From the NCBI RefSeq assembly GCF_009914755.1, contig NC_060929.1: DNA of 64,000 nucleotides, one strand, 5' to 3'. Shown here in pieces: positions 1-13,382 of the stretch. The stretch is from the human T2T-CHM13v2.0 reference genome, Homo sapiens. The first letter of the stretch is position 1. Each line of letters starts with the position of its first letter. Both the position numbers and the translations under genes were made by a program. Under the pieces are notes generated by a model that was not told the origin of the DNA, ran no database searches, and was given only the letters and a program-made list of their open reading frames with translations.

Positions 1-565
1 TTTTGAGTAAATACCAAGGAGTATGACTGCTTATAGATTGTATGATAACAGCATTTTTAGTTTTGTAAAAAGCTGCCAAACTGTCTTCCAAAGTGGCCGT
101 ACCATTGTGCATTCCCACAAGAAATGAATGAGAGAACCAAATCCTTGCCACCATTTGATGCTGTCAGTGTTTTGGATTTTGAACATTCTAGTAGATATGT
201 AGTGGTATCTCATTGTTGTTTTAATTTGCACTTCTTTAATGACATATGATGTTGGATATATTTTAATATGCTTACTTTGCATCTGTATAGCCTCTTTGAT
301 GAGGTGTCCCTTCAGGTCTTTTGTCCATTTTTCAATCAGGTTGTTTGCTTTCTTATTGCTGATTTTTAGTAATTTTTAAATGTTTGGATAACAGTCCTTT
401 ATCAGATATATCTTTTGAAAATATTTTCTCTCAATCTGTGCTTTGTCTTCTCATTCTTTTGACAATATCTTTTGCAAAGCAAAAATTATTTTATTTTAGT
501 GAAGTCTAGCTTATCAATCATTACTTTCATGGATTATGCCTTTGGTGTTGTATCTATAAAGTCAT
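1..565 (-). mobile_element. Old LINE-1 (L1MB/L1MC-type), ORF2 C-terminal fragment
   Basis: Minus ORF 31..282 contains '[14 protein letters not shown]...LWKTVWQLFTKLKMLL', which matches the L1 ORF2 C-terminus (compare '[14 protein letters not shown]' in the intact L1 in this window). Confidence 0.85.
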
Positions 566-569
566 CTAC

Positions 570-2260
570 CACAGATTTAATTAATAATATTATCCTTCTT
601 AGCATTTAATTTTTCTGTTATATAGACTTACAATGTTGATTACTTGGTTCGTTTGATTTAAATGCTCTCCTTTAGCTTTAAAAGAGGTAAAGGGGAAATT
701 TACTCTAGTTCCCTCTTTCCTTTTCCAATTTGTCTTAGCTGTATCATTTCTACATTTTCAGCACTTATAAAATTAACATTCTATTTGGTTACATTAGCTC
801 CACATTTGTTTTTAATTTTGAATTGCATCTAAACATATTCTGTGACCACCATGAACACCTTTGTTGTAATTCCTGGACTTTGGCTGGCTGGAGTCTGTCT
901 TCTAGCAATTTTATCAATAAGGACTTTGAAGGACAACATTTTCTGGATTCCAGAATGTTCAAGACTTTTTGTTTGTACCCTTTATATTTGAAGAATAGTT
1001 TGGCTGTATATAAAATCTTTAGCTCACATTTCTTTCCTTGAGAATATTACAGGTGTTACTTTAAGAATTTTGGCATTGGATGAAGGTATGGAGAAGTCTG
1101 AGGAACACCTATACATTTTTTCCTGTTGTAAATTATCTGATGATTTTGTCTGCGATTCTTTCTTTATCTTTACATTCAGTATACTTACTGGATGGGTCTT
1201 GGTGTTAACTGTTCTGGGTTATTATTCCTGGACACAGAGTGTACTCTTTCAGTATGTGATTGTAGGTCATCTTTTACATTAGGAAAGTTTTCTTCAATTA
1301 TACCATTAGCAATTTGTTCTGTTTTACTTGGTTATTTCCCTCTTTGACAGCTTCAAAGGACTATGTTGAATCTTCTTTACTTGTTTTTATGCTACACCTT
1401 TTCCCTCCAGTTTTCTCATTACTATTCTCTAAGTTTCCTACTTGCTTTTTACATTCTTTTCTCTGTGTGCTTCTTCCATTTTTTCCTTCTTTGTACTTCT
1501 CCTTTATAATTTTCCTTCATAAAGACTAGTGATTTTTTTTTAATTTTAAAATTCACAATAAAACATTTGGCTACAATTTTTATTTGCTCTGTCAACATTT
1601 TTTCTGGCTTGTGTCCTTTGTGTTTGGAAGGTTTACTGCTATTTCTTTCTTACATCTTCTCTTATATAATCTTGGTGTCAGTGCTATGCTAATTCCTTTC
1701 ATTAATGAACAATTTGAATTTTTCTGAGCAACTTTTTTTCAGAAAGTTCCATTAAGAGAAAAAACATAACTGTACCCTTTCAGACTCTTAATTCCTTTTT
1801 TTCTTTCTTAGAGACAGACTTCTTTCTTCCAATATGGCTCATCTGTGTGGTTCTTCCATAGCCCTGCACTTTTGTTTCTCTGAGAGTCACTGGGTCCATG
1901 AAGGCTCTTGTTGCCACCCCCGATCACACAGGATCTACACCCATTGCTGCCAGCATGAATACAGCTTCTGCACTTCTCAGATAACCTCTCACCTGCAGGA
2001 AGTGCAATTTTCTGAAATCTGCTGCCATGGGATCCTCTCGTGAGTCTCTTTGCTTCTTCTCCTCATGTTTTATATGTGGCTTTTGTCTGGTCTTGTTGCT
2101 TTTGGCAGCCTTTAAACTTATTTTGAAGACTGCAGTAAATTTGCTTCCTAGTTTTGCCAAAAATGGAATATGTAGGTTCTTTTTGTATTTCTTATTTTTT
2201 TATTTGTTTGATTTCAAAAGTAGAAGAGGGAAATATTAACACATCTATGTTAATACCAGA
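570..2260 (-). mobile_element. Ancient HAL1/L1M ORF1-like relic
   Basis: T-rich stretch with the antisense ORF1 motif 'ttgaagaatagtttggctgtatataaaatctttagctcacatttctttcc' (~990-1040). Boundaries are approximate. Confidence 0.55.
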
Positions 2261-3529
2261 AGTGCCTCTAATTCAAATTTAATCTGCTTCAACATGACCT
2301 AATTCAGTGCTGTTTCTGTTAGGGCATTGAGACCATCCTGAACATGTATTACAAGACAGGATATTGCCCAGATGGAAAATGTCCACAGTATTTTATGTAT
2401 GGATCTGTAGATTTAAAAAAAATGCTAAGTTAAAAATAACATTGGAAATGATAATTTGAAATAATTCTGTTAAATATAAAAATAGAGAATATGGTTATTC
2501 AAAATAATTTTGTCTGGTAATTCTAGCGGTTAGAAACCATTTTAGAGAGAGTAAGAATAATTTACATGTAAAAACTAGAAGAAATTGTATCTACAGAGAT
2601 CATGCTCTTTTGAGTTTTTGTAAGGAAAAAAGTTATCCATGCATTTTCTTCAATAAAATTTGCTATAACTTAGTTGGGCCACAATTAGGATTGTAGCAGA
2701 AATTTGTAGTTTCCAGATAGTCTCACCGAGCTTATACATCTAAAATATTTTTAGAAAGTTTTGCTTTTATTAGGTCTATATTTTATCATGAGAAAGGGGG
2801 ATTATATGCTTATAAAAATTATAAGAACGCTTAAGTCTTTTCTATGTAATACATAGCAAAATGAAAATATTCAGAGTGCTTTCAGTGTCATCTATATAAC
2901 AGATGATGTTTACTCAGAATAGCAAAATATAGACCAAAAAGAATGAGATTTTCCAATGATTTTCACAAAGCCAACTGTTGCTAGAATGGTCCTAAGAAGC
3001 CGGCATATAGAGAAAATACAGAGAGAAAAGGTATTTTCTTTCTGACTTAAAGAAAAAAAATTTCTTAAATGATTTGGATAAGTGTTTCTTCTGGGGTAAT
3101 ATGTGTTAATAATCAGGTAAATGAAAAATAATGTTCATTCCTCTTCTAATCATTTCCAGATGTTTTGGAAGGGATATGTATGCGGATATATTTATTTTAT
3201 AAATAATATAAATTATAATTAATAACTATGTAATAAATAAACATATATGTTATGAATTATATTAACAGATACACTTCAGGAACCTTTCCATGTCAATGCA
3301 TGTGAGAAATATTTTACATATACACTTAGACCAGCTGTTGCATAGTATTTAGTTTTATGAATATATAATAATTAATTTAACCAAATCTCTACCTGGAAAC
3401 ATTTTTATTTTTGTATGCATAACTTTTTTCATTTGTATAAAAACTTCTATAAGTGGCATTGCTTGGCCAAATTTTTATGTGTATATGTGTATAAATATAC
3501 GTACATGATCTATAATGTGTGAGAGGACA

Positions 3530-3650
3530 CTTTTCTGGCTGGAATAACAAGTGAGGTGGAAGCAGAAGAAGGGGATTAGATAAGAGGGGCAGAGTGAGAT
3601 AAAGGAGCCAGATCATGCAGGCCTTTTAGGCCGTTGTAAAGACTATCATT
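3530..3650 (-). mobile_element. L2 fragment
   Basis: 'ggagccagatcatgcaggccttttaggccgttgtaaagact' is a typical antisense L2 motif. Confidence 0.55.
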
Positions 3651-3667
3651 AATCTTTTTAATTTTGC

Positions 3668-4032
3668 TGTCTTAGTCAGTTCAGGCTGCTACAACAGAAT
3701 ACCATATATTGGGTGGCTTAAACAACAAACATTTATTTCTCACAGTTCTGGAGGCTTCCAAGTCCAAGATCAAGATACCAGCAGATCTAGTGTCTGATGA
3801 GGACAGTTTGCAGACAGCTATCTTCTCCTTGTAGCCACACCTGGTGAAGAATAAAAGCTCTGGTCCATCCATCTCATAAGGGCACTAACCCATTATGGAG
3901 GCTCCACTCCCATTACTTAATATAACCCTGATGTCCTCCCAAAGCCCCCACCTTCAACTACTATCAATCACCTTGGGGGTTAACACTTTAACATATGACT
4001 GCTGGGGAAACACAAACATTCAGCACATAGTA
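3668..4032 (-). mobile_element. MaLR solo LTR (MLT1A-like)
   Basis: Starts 'tgtcttagtcagttcaggctgct' and contains 'catttatttctcacagttctggaggc'. Flanked by tttgc/cttgc (5-bp TSD, 4/5 match). Confidence 0.85.
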
Positions 4033-4305
4033 CTTGCTGATCTGAGATATAAAAGAAGACTTCTCACAATATATGCATTGCTCATTTGTATGCCTTGGTA
4101 CATAAATTGCTCATTTTGCCCCTGTTTTCTGTTGGGTTGTTCATATCATTCTTTTTTATTTATAAAATCATTTTTAAAAAATATTAGAAATATGAGCTCT
4201 TTGTGTCTTGTATGTTACCACAGTTCACTATTAATAGTTTTTCCATTCTAAAGGATCTTAAAAGGTCTTCCTTATTTATGACTTACATTTAAAATATATC
4301 TTTGG

Positions 4306-4571
4306 GGCTGGGTGCAGTGGCTCATGCCTATAATCCCAACACTTGGGGATGCTGAGGCAGGCGGATCATGAGGTCAACGGATCGAGACCATCTTGGCCAA
4401 CGTGGTGCAACCCCGTCTCTACTAAAAATACAAAAATTAGCTGGGCATGGTGGCGTGTGCCTGTAGTCCCAGCTACTCAGGAGGCTGGGAGAATCGCTTG
4501 AACTCAGGAGGCAGATGTTGCAGTGAGCCGAGATTGTGCCACTGCACTCCAGCCTGGGTGACAGAGCGAGA

Positions 4572-4580
<9 letters not shown>
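4306..4580 (+). mobile_element. Alu (AluSc-like) whose A-tail is replaced by a microsatellite
   Basis: Full dimeric Alu, with 'ggatcatgaggtcaa..gatcgagaccatc'. Confidence 0.95.
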
Positions 4581-4642
<62 letters not shown>

Positions 4643-4715
4643 CGTATATATATATATACATATATATATATACGTATATATATATATGTATATATATATA
4701 TGTATATATATATAT
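4577..4715. repeat. Compound (TC)n-(TA)n microsatellite
   Basis: Directly visible. Includes a 30-bp unit repeated twice (4621-4680). Confidence 0.98.
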
Positions 4716-4862
4716 GAGCATTTTATGCCTATTCTTTGCTTTGTGATGTTTATCAGTTATGGTACCTGGCATCTAGTTACTAAATGTAGTTTGAACGAAA
4801 TTAACACACATATTTGCTAGATCCTTAGTCACTGATGAAGATTAGACTTTTTGGTTGTCATT

Positions 4863-5354
4863 TGTGGTAGGCAGAATAATGCTCTTCCCTCCAAAAATGT
4901 CCATGCCCTACAATCCCCCAAACCTGTGAATGTTACTTTACATGGCAAAATAAATTTGAGTTTGTGATTAAATTAAGGATTTTGAGATGGAGAGGTTATT
5001 CTGGATTAGCCAGGTGGGACAAATGCAATCACAGGGGTTTGTATAAGAGAGAGGAAGAAGTGTCAGAGTCAGAGAAGAGACAAGACAACAGAAGCAGAGC
5101 TCATAGAGGAAAAAGATTTGATAATACCATGCTGCTGGCTTTGAAGATGGTTAATGGGGCCATGAGCCAAAAACTGCCAGTAACCTATAGATGCTAGAAA
5201 AGGCAAGGAAATGGATTCTCTCCTGGGACCTCCAGAAGGAATTCAGCACTGCCAACTCAGTTTGGGCTCCTGACCTCCAGAACTCTAAGATAACAAATTT
5301 GTGCTGTTTCAAGCTTGTGGTAATTTCTTACAGCAGCAATAGGAAATGAATGCA
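4863..5354 (+). mobile_element. MaLR solo LTR (MLT1D-like)
   Basis: Runs 'tgtggtaggcagaataatg...gtgattaaattaaggattttgagatgg...gcagcaataggaaatgaatgca'. Confidence 0.85.
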
Positions 5355-8300
5355 TTACTCTATTTATTGACCTGGATTAATTACTTTACTACTTCTTGAT
5401 GTATCAGTTTCTTCATTTATGGTGTGGAACTTCTATGATATTGTATTAGTCCTTAGATTCCTCTCAGATGAAGCCCTGAGGGGTTGTATGTTTTGTGTAA
5501 TGAAGCAGAATGCAGATTTGTCACTCTTCTCACTTTATCATTCATAGGAAGGAGGCAGTGTGTTTAGTATAATACCCTCAGGGAATTTCTACCATGTGAG
5601 TTTGGCTCTGGTATACGTTGCTTGCTGTGCTCTACTTAGTAAATAAAAGCCTTGTAGAATCAGGATCAGAGGGGACGAGAAGCTCTGCTGTCCTAAAAAG
5701 TCCAAAAGAGGGTGCACAACATGCGCCAGGGCAGAGAAGTGGTGCAGTCGGTGCAGGTGGCTGTTAGTGGAAGCTTTGAACACAGGCTGACTTCCTGAAG
5801 GCTCTCTGGGTTTTCTGTTGTGTGTTCACTGGCTGTGTGAAATGGACTACACAGCCAGGTTAGGTGATTGCAGAGAGAGATAATGGTACAGGGCCCACAG
5901 CTGGTTGATCTCAAGAGCTGTTTTTTCACTGACAGGCGACAGGTCCGGGATGAACCATCCATGAAGGTCCAATATCTTTTGTGTTCTAGTCAAGGCTGGC
6001 CAGATGGAAGTTTGTCACTGTATAAAATACATGGTTTCTAGAGGGACTGAACAAGCCACATGGCCATATTTGCACCATGAATGAGATGGATGAATGGACT
6101 TGATACACTGTGTGGACAATTTTTTGCTGCTGAGGCACTAACCAAACAAGCCCAACCGTTCTTCAGGCACATAAGAGATAGGGATGCAAGCCCACAAACT
6201 TTCATAAACCATCATCTCATGATTGAAATTTTAAACCTATAGTTATACAGAGAAAATATGTGTATGATAAGGAATATCATTAATATCATTGTCTTCCTAG
6301 GACCAAGAATAACATTTTGGTTAAAGTGACAAAACTATTAAGTCAAATACAAGTTACATTCTCTGTACTTTCCTTCTGAAAGCCTCGTGGGATCTAGAAT
6401 GAGTTTTCAATTCCATTGCTCATAGTTATACATACATAGTTGAATACAAGATCTCTAGTCTTTATTCTTTCTGATTAATTAGCCAGATTTGACTCTAGCC
6501 AGCTATGTGACTACCCTGTGAAAGGGACCAGATGTATCTGTCTTGTTATTTAAGGGAGGTTTTATATAATCTGACTGAATTGCACAGCCCGAATGTTTCT
6601 GTGTTCCCATAAGAGTGATGAATGAATAAACAACTGAAAACACTAAGCTAGCCATTAATTTATCTTGGGGACCACCACAAAATATAGTAAAAATAAAAAT
6701 AGATATGGTGCTTTGGGACTTGATGGCAACTGACTTATGAAAAGTTTCACCCTATAATTGAGACAGTTGAATTCACTAACTTGTGACTCCAGGTTGGATT
6801 CAAGTATGGTTTTCTATTTTTCTTCTGATTGTTGGACAAACTGTGTGTTTCTCAAAGGAACAGTATTAGTCTTTTTGGTCCCTGGGTTCAGAGGCCACAT
6901 TTGTGGCTTGTCAACATTTTGCCAAAAGCTTTGTTAAAATAAAATAGGCCATTATCTAATCTGTGTGGAAACTCTGGGGGTGGTAAAAAGGAGAATTTTC
7001 TTACTGGGGATAAAATAATTTTGCTTTGGTTTCAGTAGAGTATTCATTTCTTATTTGACTCATGAACAATTTAATGTACAGCCTACTCAGTTTGGGATAA
7101 TGTTGAATTTTAGGGTATTGTTAATAACAAATAACAATAATTCTTTGAACGTAGTCTTTTATATTTTTAAAGAACTCATTATATTTAAATAAATTGTCTT
7201 TCTTTTCAGTTTTTATTTACCAAGAAATATAATAGTGGTCAAACGAACCTCATTCAATTCTAAACCAAAGTAAATAATGTTTTCTGAGGGTAATCAATTA
7301 TTTGGGGAGTCCACAGGCTACCATTTAATGTGCCAATGGAAACAACTCATTCTTCCTCATCATTTCTTTGCATTAACTATCACCTCCTCTTAGCATTTAT
7401 GGCTCACGTTTGGTGCGTGACTTGGGTTCAGGTGATGGAAATCATCTTTAACTAATTAACTTCTCTCTTCCCGAGAGCAGAATCTCAACAAAGTGCTCAC
7501 TGAGAGCTGCCCTGACAAATCTCCCAGGAAAGGCAGTGTGACGTGGAGCAAGGAACACCACGGTAGGAGTCCAAAGGGCAACTTGTTTGTCTTAGCTCTT
7601 CTACTGGTCATATGATCATGTATGGATCTCCTTCCCCGTAGAGTGATGATAATACACGTGCCCTGCCAAGAGCACAGGCCAATGTGTGGCATAAATCAGA
7701 TCAAGAATCTGCAAGTACTTTGTGGGTCATAATGTGTTGGGCAAATGTAAGATACCACTGATATTTGATTCCACGTAGGCCCTGCCCTAACATAGCTGAG
7801 TCTCTCTATGCTGCCTACCCAAGTATCTGGTCTCTTACCATAAATGGAACAGCAGGAGCCCCACCCTTGGTAGCCAGAAGGCAGAGTCATCCTCTGTTGG
7901 ATGTTTCATTCAAACAGCTGTTTCACTCACACAGCTCATTTCTCCCACCTCCTCCAGCTCCCATCTGCTTTACATAGAAACCACCACTCTCGGGATGTGA
8001 CCCAGTTGCCTCACCACACACAGAGACTTCCTCCCAGAGCACACACACCCAGAGCACAGGAGAGTCACTGTGCTGCCCCTAAGCTCATGACCAACACATC
8101 TCATTATCCACATGGTACATCCAGGGTTTGCCCTTCGCTGCTGCTTCCATCTCCCAGTTGCCACTTAAGAGTGTTCCTATTTCTTGGAGGTGTCACTGTA
8201 ATTTCCTTCTCATTATTGGTGTTCTCAGGATGTAATTTATTCACTAGGACTCAATGTACATTCTAGCACTTCTAACAGTATTATTTACAAATTAGAAATT

Positions 8301-9234
8301 GGTGTTAATAATGTTGAAAAATGACTGAGTCAATTTTTTCACACTGCTCAGTCCTCAGCAGGCCCTAAACATGAAAGGGAATTGCAGGTAGACCTGTGTG
8401 AGTCCTGAATGCAGAAATAAGTTACGTGACAAAGCCGGCAGGCAAGTGATATCTTTTTGGTTGGGGCAGGATGACAGAGGTTAGTGATAGTACCAGTGGC
8501 TTTTTGATTTGGGTTGGGAGAGCACCTGTGGTTGGTGGGGTGGGGGCGGCTTCCTCACTGTGGCAGAGAAGACTTGGGTAAAGCAGGTCCTTTTCCAGGG
8601 TGGTCCTCTAGTGAGGCTCGGAGCTGGGTGTTACTCCTGGAAGCTCATTCCCCCTTCTGCTGAGCCTAAGGAGGCAAGCCTGTGTTGCGTGGGAAAGACT
8701 GTGTGTTTGGGGCGGGTGGAGAGTGGAGGAGGAGGTTCTCCCTTCTATGCTCCTGACGGATCATCATTCGCCTCACAGAGCAGGAGGTAGGGCTCAGCTC
8801 TACCCTTCAGCTTCTCTGTAGCAAGCTGCCAAGCCGCCAAATGGTTCCAGAAGTAGCTTGCTTGTTTCCTCCCCACATGTAGATCCATGAGTATCTGTAA
8901 GCTCCTTGATGGCCAGGTCTTCCACATATTTGTAGCCTTAACAGTCTTGAACAGTGTCCCAACATGGGAAGGTGTTTAATAAATGTTCAGTCCCTGGCTA
9001 ACGTATGGAAGCATGAGCTTGTGTGTGTGTCTGGGTCAGAATTTCTTCTAAATTTCAGTGTTTTTCTGTAATTAATTATGCTTTAAGCTTACACACATCA
9101 TGGTTTGCCAGTGACCTAAGAAGGTTGCACAACTATCATGCATTAGGATTTCCTGACACCTACATATATAAAAAAGAAATTAAATAATATGAAAGATTGA
9201 AAAAAATCTTTTAATATTATTATGCAGTTGAAAC

Positions 9235-9455
9235 AGCAAACACGTATATAGGGTTACTTTGAGAGAGGCACTCTTCTACGGGCTTTATATGCATTAACTG
9301 ATTTAATCTTCACATTGATCCCATTTTACTAATGAGAAAATTGAGACACAGAAGGATTCAGTAATTTACCTAAGGTCACACAGCTAGTAAATAGTAGAGT
9401 TGGTATTTAAACTCAGGCAGTCAAACTCTAGAGTCTGTGTTCCTAACCCCTATAC
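9235..9455 (-). mobile_element. MIR SINE
   Basis: MIR core 'cccattttactaatgagaaaattgagacacaga...aaggtcacacagctagtaa'. Confidence 0.85.
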
Positions 9456-10630
9456 AGACTCCATTTTACATTTCACTGAAGACACAGTGAGGATACATTG
9501 ATTTTATAGTAAGTGAAATAGCTAGGGCTCAACATAGGTGCACTCCAAATTCTGTGGTACTTATCTGTAATAACTGGTATTTGTATAGCACCTCACATTT
9601 TCTAATACCTTTCACGATAGTATTACTTTATTGGTATCCTTTGTTTGCGTGTTGCTATAGGTGTGTGATACTTTAGGAGATCCATTATCCCATCCAATCT
9701 TCCCATTAGTCCTGTCCTATAAAATAGAGATGAGTTGTTATTTAAGGATATAAGTAACATTTAAAAATCAAATAATACCAGCAAATGCTAAAAAATCAAA
9801 TAATATAGAGCTAATATTGAAAAGCAAATCTATTACTCCCTCCCTCAACTCAATCCTGCTTCCCAAAAGCAACTTACTTTAAATTTGTTTTTAGTTATTC
9901 AGCTGGTTACATTTAAACTCTAAAGTAGAGATTTTTAAATCTATTCTTAACTTAAAATGTTCAGACATGATCCATTGGCTGCCTGCTACAAAGAATGAAA
10001 ATTCAGCTCACTGCCAGCATCTTCTTTTCCTTCCAATGTTTATTACTTATATTAGAACTTTAATTTTTTTGAGGATGGATTATCTTAGTAACTTTAAATT
10101 CTATATATTTCTAATTTGTTTTGGTTCAACTGTATCTGGAACCCCATTCTAAATAAGGGAGGATTTTAGTACACTGCACTTTCACTTTATCTTACCACTT
10201 TCTCTCACCACTTTCTCTCTCCCACTTTCTGCTGACTGTATCTTGAATACCATCAACGTTGCTGCTATTTATATTATGTAATATGTTGTGTAATTAGAAT
10301 TAAGGCCTCTGTGCTTTGTCCATAAGTTGACTATAAAATTTAGAAGTCAAGAAATGGCCTACACATTATGACAGTATTGGTACTTTTTAGTACATAACCT
10401 AAGAATTACACTTTCTTTTCAGCACGTTCAAATCATGACTATTGATTGACCTACTTGAAAGAGACTGTTCTTGGGATCAAGATCAACTAGATTCTCAATC
10501 ACTAAATAATCATGTCATATTTAAGGCTTCATTTTTGGAATAAGAGTATTGGTTTGCCCTGGGTTCCTTCAACTTTTCTCATCAAGCTTATTCAGTCTTT
10601 CGACCATGATGGATAAATCTTCCGCTACCT

Positions 10631-10973
<343 letters not shown>

Positions 10974-11163
10974 TTATCCCCTTGTTACAATCTGGACCAG
11001 GGCTCTGAAGATCAGTAGCAGACCTTCCATCCTTGGTCTCCTCTTTGTTGTTCTCCTAGGTTGAAACCTGTTTCCTGGATTCTATGTCCTTTCCCTAATC
11101 ATCAATCCCATGTATGTTTGAGTACGGTCTTAAACATTGCAGGTTAATAGTCTTAGATCTTAA

Positions 11164-11703
11164 TATTGAATACAGTGAGTTCTAAATTTCTCTTCAAAGA
11201 ATCAGTATGTCAGTATGTTCAGTTCTTTGTTCTCCATTTTAAAGTTTAACTTCCTTGTTCTCCTCACCCCTCGTTTCAGTAAACAACCTTTTCCATGAGT
11301 TCAAATCAGTAGTTCACATCTGTTCCCCTGGTCACCTCCTCCGTCCGGAGTCGACCCTGGTCTCTTGCTCTGACCTGAATCATCCTGAATCACCTGTTCT
11401 GTAACCACCCTTCCCACCAAACTACTCACTCCATGACTCCAACTCCTACCCCCTCTCTCTTTAAAATAGCCAATCAGAATTAGCTTAGACTGTGCGGTCC
11501 AACCCTAGCCAGCAGGAGAATGACACAGCAGTAGGGGCTATCTGCATCAGGAAAAAAAATCTCTTCTCCTCCCTTCTTCAGGTGTGCTCTCACCATTGCT
11601 CCATCCGCGAGTCATACCCTTCTATAGAAGTAAAATTGCCTTGCTGAGAAAATTAATGTTTGAGTGCTATTTCTTTTGTGGCATTGAAAATGTATTTATA
11701 ACA
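11164..11703 (+). mobile_element. ERV1 solo LTR (LTR10 family, LTR10C-like)
   Basis: Starts 'tattgaatacagtgagttctaaatttctcttcaaagaatcagtatgtc' and ends 'ataaca'. 4-bp TSD ttaa at 11160-11163 and 11704-11707. CCAAT box near 11470. Confidence 0.85.
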
Positions 11704-11965
11704 TTAATGTTTCACGTTTCTAAGTGTATTAACTTTTCTTTCATGTATTTTATATTATGACTGTGCACAGAATTCTAGGTTGGAAACTATTTTCCTTCAA
11801 AATCTTGAAGGAATTTCTACACTGTCTTCCAATATCTAGTCCTTGCTGTTGAGATGTTTAAGACTAGTCTAATCTTTGTTTATTGATAGGAGACATGCTT
11901 TATCTTCAAAAACGTGTAGAATGCTTGGTGTTCTGAAATCCTACCACATAATGGTAATTGTTAAA

Positions 11966-11992
11966 ACACACACACACAAACACACACACACA
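11966..11992. repeat. (CA)n microsatellite
   Basis: Directly visible. Confidence 0.95.
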
Positions 11993-12145
11993 TTTTTTCT
12001 GAAGATCTTTTTAGTTAAATATTAAACCTCCTAGATTGGTCTTTTATGTCTCTTAGTTTTACCTCATCTTTTCTATTTCTTTTACTCTATTTTCTTTGAG
12101 ATTACTTTACTTTTATCTTCCAGTCCTCTAAGTCCTATTGAATCT

Positions 12146-12443
<298 letters not shown>

Positions 12444-12589
12444 TGAACTTTTCTATTTTAGCTGTCATGTTTTGAATCTCTAAAGTTTCTTTATTATAGA
12501 TGAACTGTTCCTTATTCATTGCATTCTATTCTTATTACATGAGTGTAATGATTTCTCACATCGTGACTAGGATACCAATTAAAATTGGC

Positions 12590-13267
12590 AGATAATTAGA
12601 GAGCAAACTCTGGGGCCAAGCTGACCCGGATAGAATCATGGGCTCCACCACTTAGCTATAACTGTGGGTAACTGTGGAAACCAAAGTGGCCCTATTTTCA
12701 TGCTAATCTGCCATGTTGATTTCTGATTAGCTCCAGTATCATGAATGCTCCTTGATTCCTGCTTTATTTACTGTCCTTAGTGTAAGAACTTGTCAACCTT
12801 GATGTTGTTGCAGAAATTGTAGGCTGTGATGCGTATAGTATTCTTGCCTCTTCTGGAGGGTGCCTTTGTGTTGCTGGAGCACATACACCCTTTCCCTGTG
12901 GTCTACAAGCCTTGGATCTGGGGAGTAACAGTGTGGAGATCTACCTGTCTTGCTGCTGCTCAAGACCGCATTTCTGTCTGCAAGTTCCCTCAATGAAGCA
13001 CCCTTTATCGGCAAACTGAATTTGTCTGCATGGCTCTTTGGTTTCTCAACTCCTGCAGCATTTGGGGACTGCTTCCCGTATACAGCCCTTTCACACAGCA
13101 GTAACTCATTCCACCTCCCTGTGCTTCAGTTTTCTTATTTGTTAAATGGAGATGGTAAAAATTCATATTTTGTAAGATAGTTCTCAGGAAGAAATGAGTT
13201 AATATATATAAAGCTCTTGGAATAATGCCTGACTTCAAATAAGTGCAATATAAATGCTGTTATTATT
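12590..13267 (+). mobile_element. MIR split by an LTR insertion (halves ~12590-12672 and 13101-13267)
   Basis: 5' half 'ggctccaccacttagctataactgtggg'; 3' half 'ctgtgcttcagttttcttatttgttaaatggagat...aaatgctgttattatt'. Confidence 0.8.
12673..13100 (+). mobile_element. ERVL-class solo LTR (LTR47-like)
   Basis: TG...CA termini with a perfect 5-bp TSD gtaac (12668-12672, 13101-13105). The family name is from recall. Confidence 0.8.
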
Positions 13268-13343
13268 AAGTTATCTTCTGTTTTCTGCAGAGTTGGTTTT
13301 TCTGTTTTATTAATTTGGTCTTTTACTTTGTGCTTTTGGTTTT

Positions 13344-13347
<4 letters not shown>

Positions 13348-13381
<34 letters not shown>
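13348..13381. repeat. (TA)n microsatellite
   Basis: Directly visible. Confidence 0.97.

Positions 13382-13382
<1 letters not shown>

Noticed and set aside
4447-4820. YI/IY-repeat proteins
   Set aside because: They are translation artefacts of the (TA)n microsatellite and the Alu.
8509-8740. G-rich tract as G-quadruplex or promoter
   Set aside because: The G-runs are irregular, there is no CpG island, and nothing else supports it.
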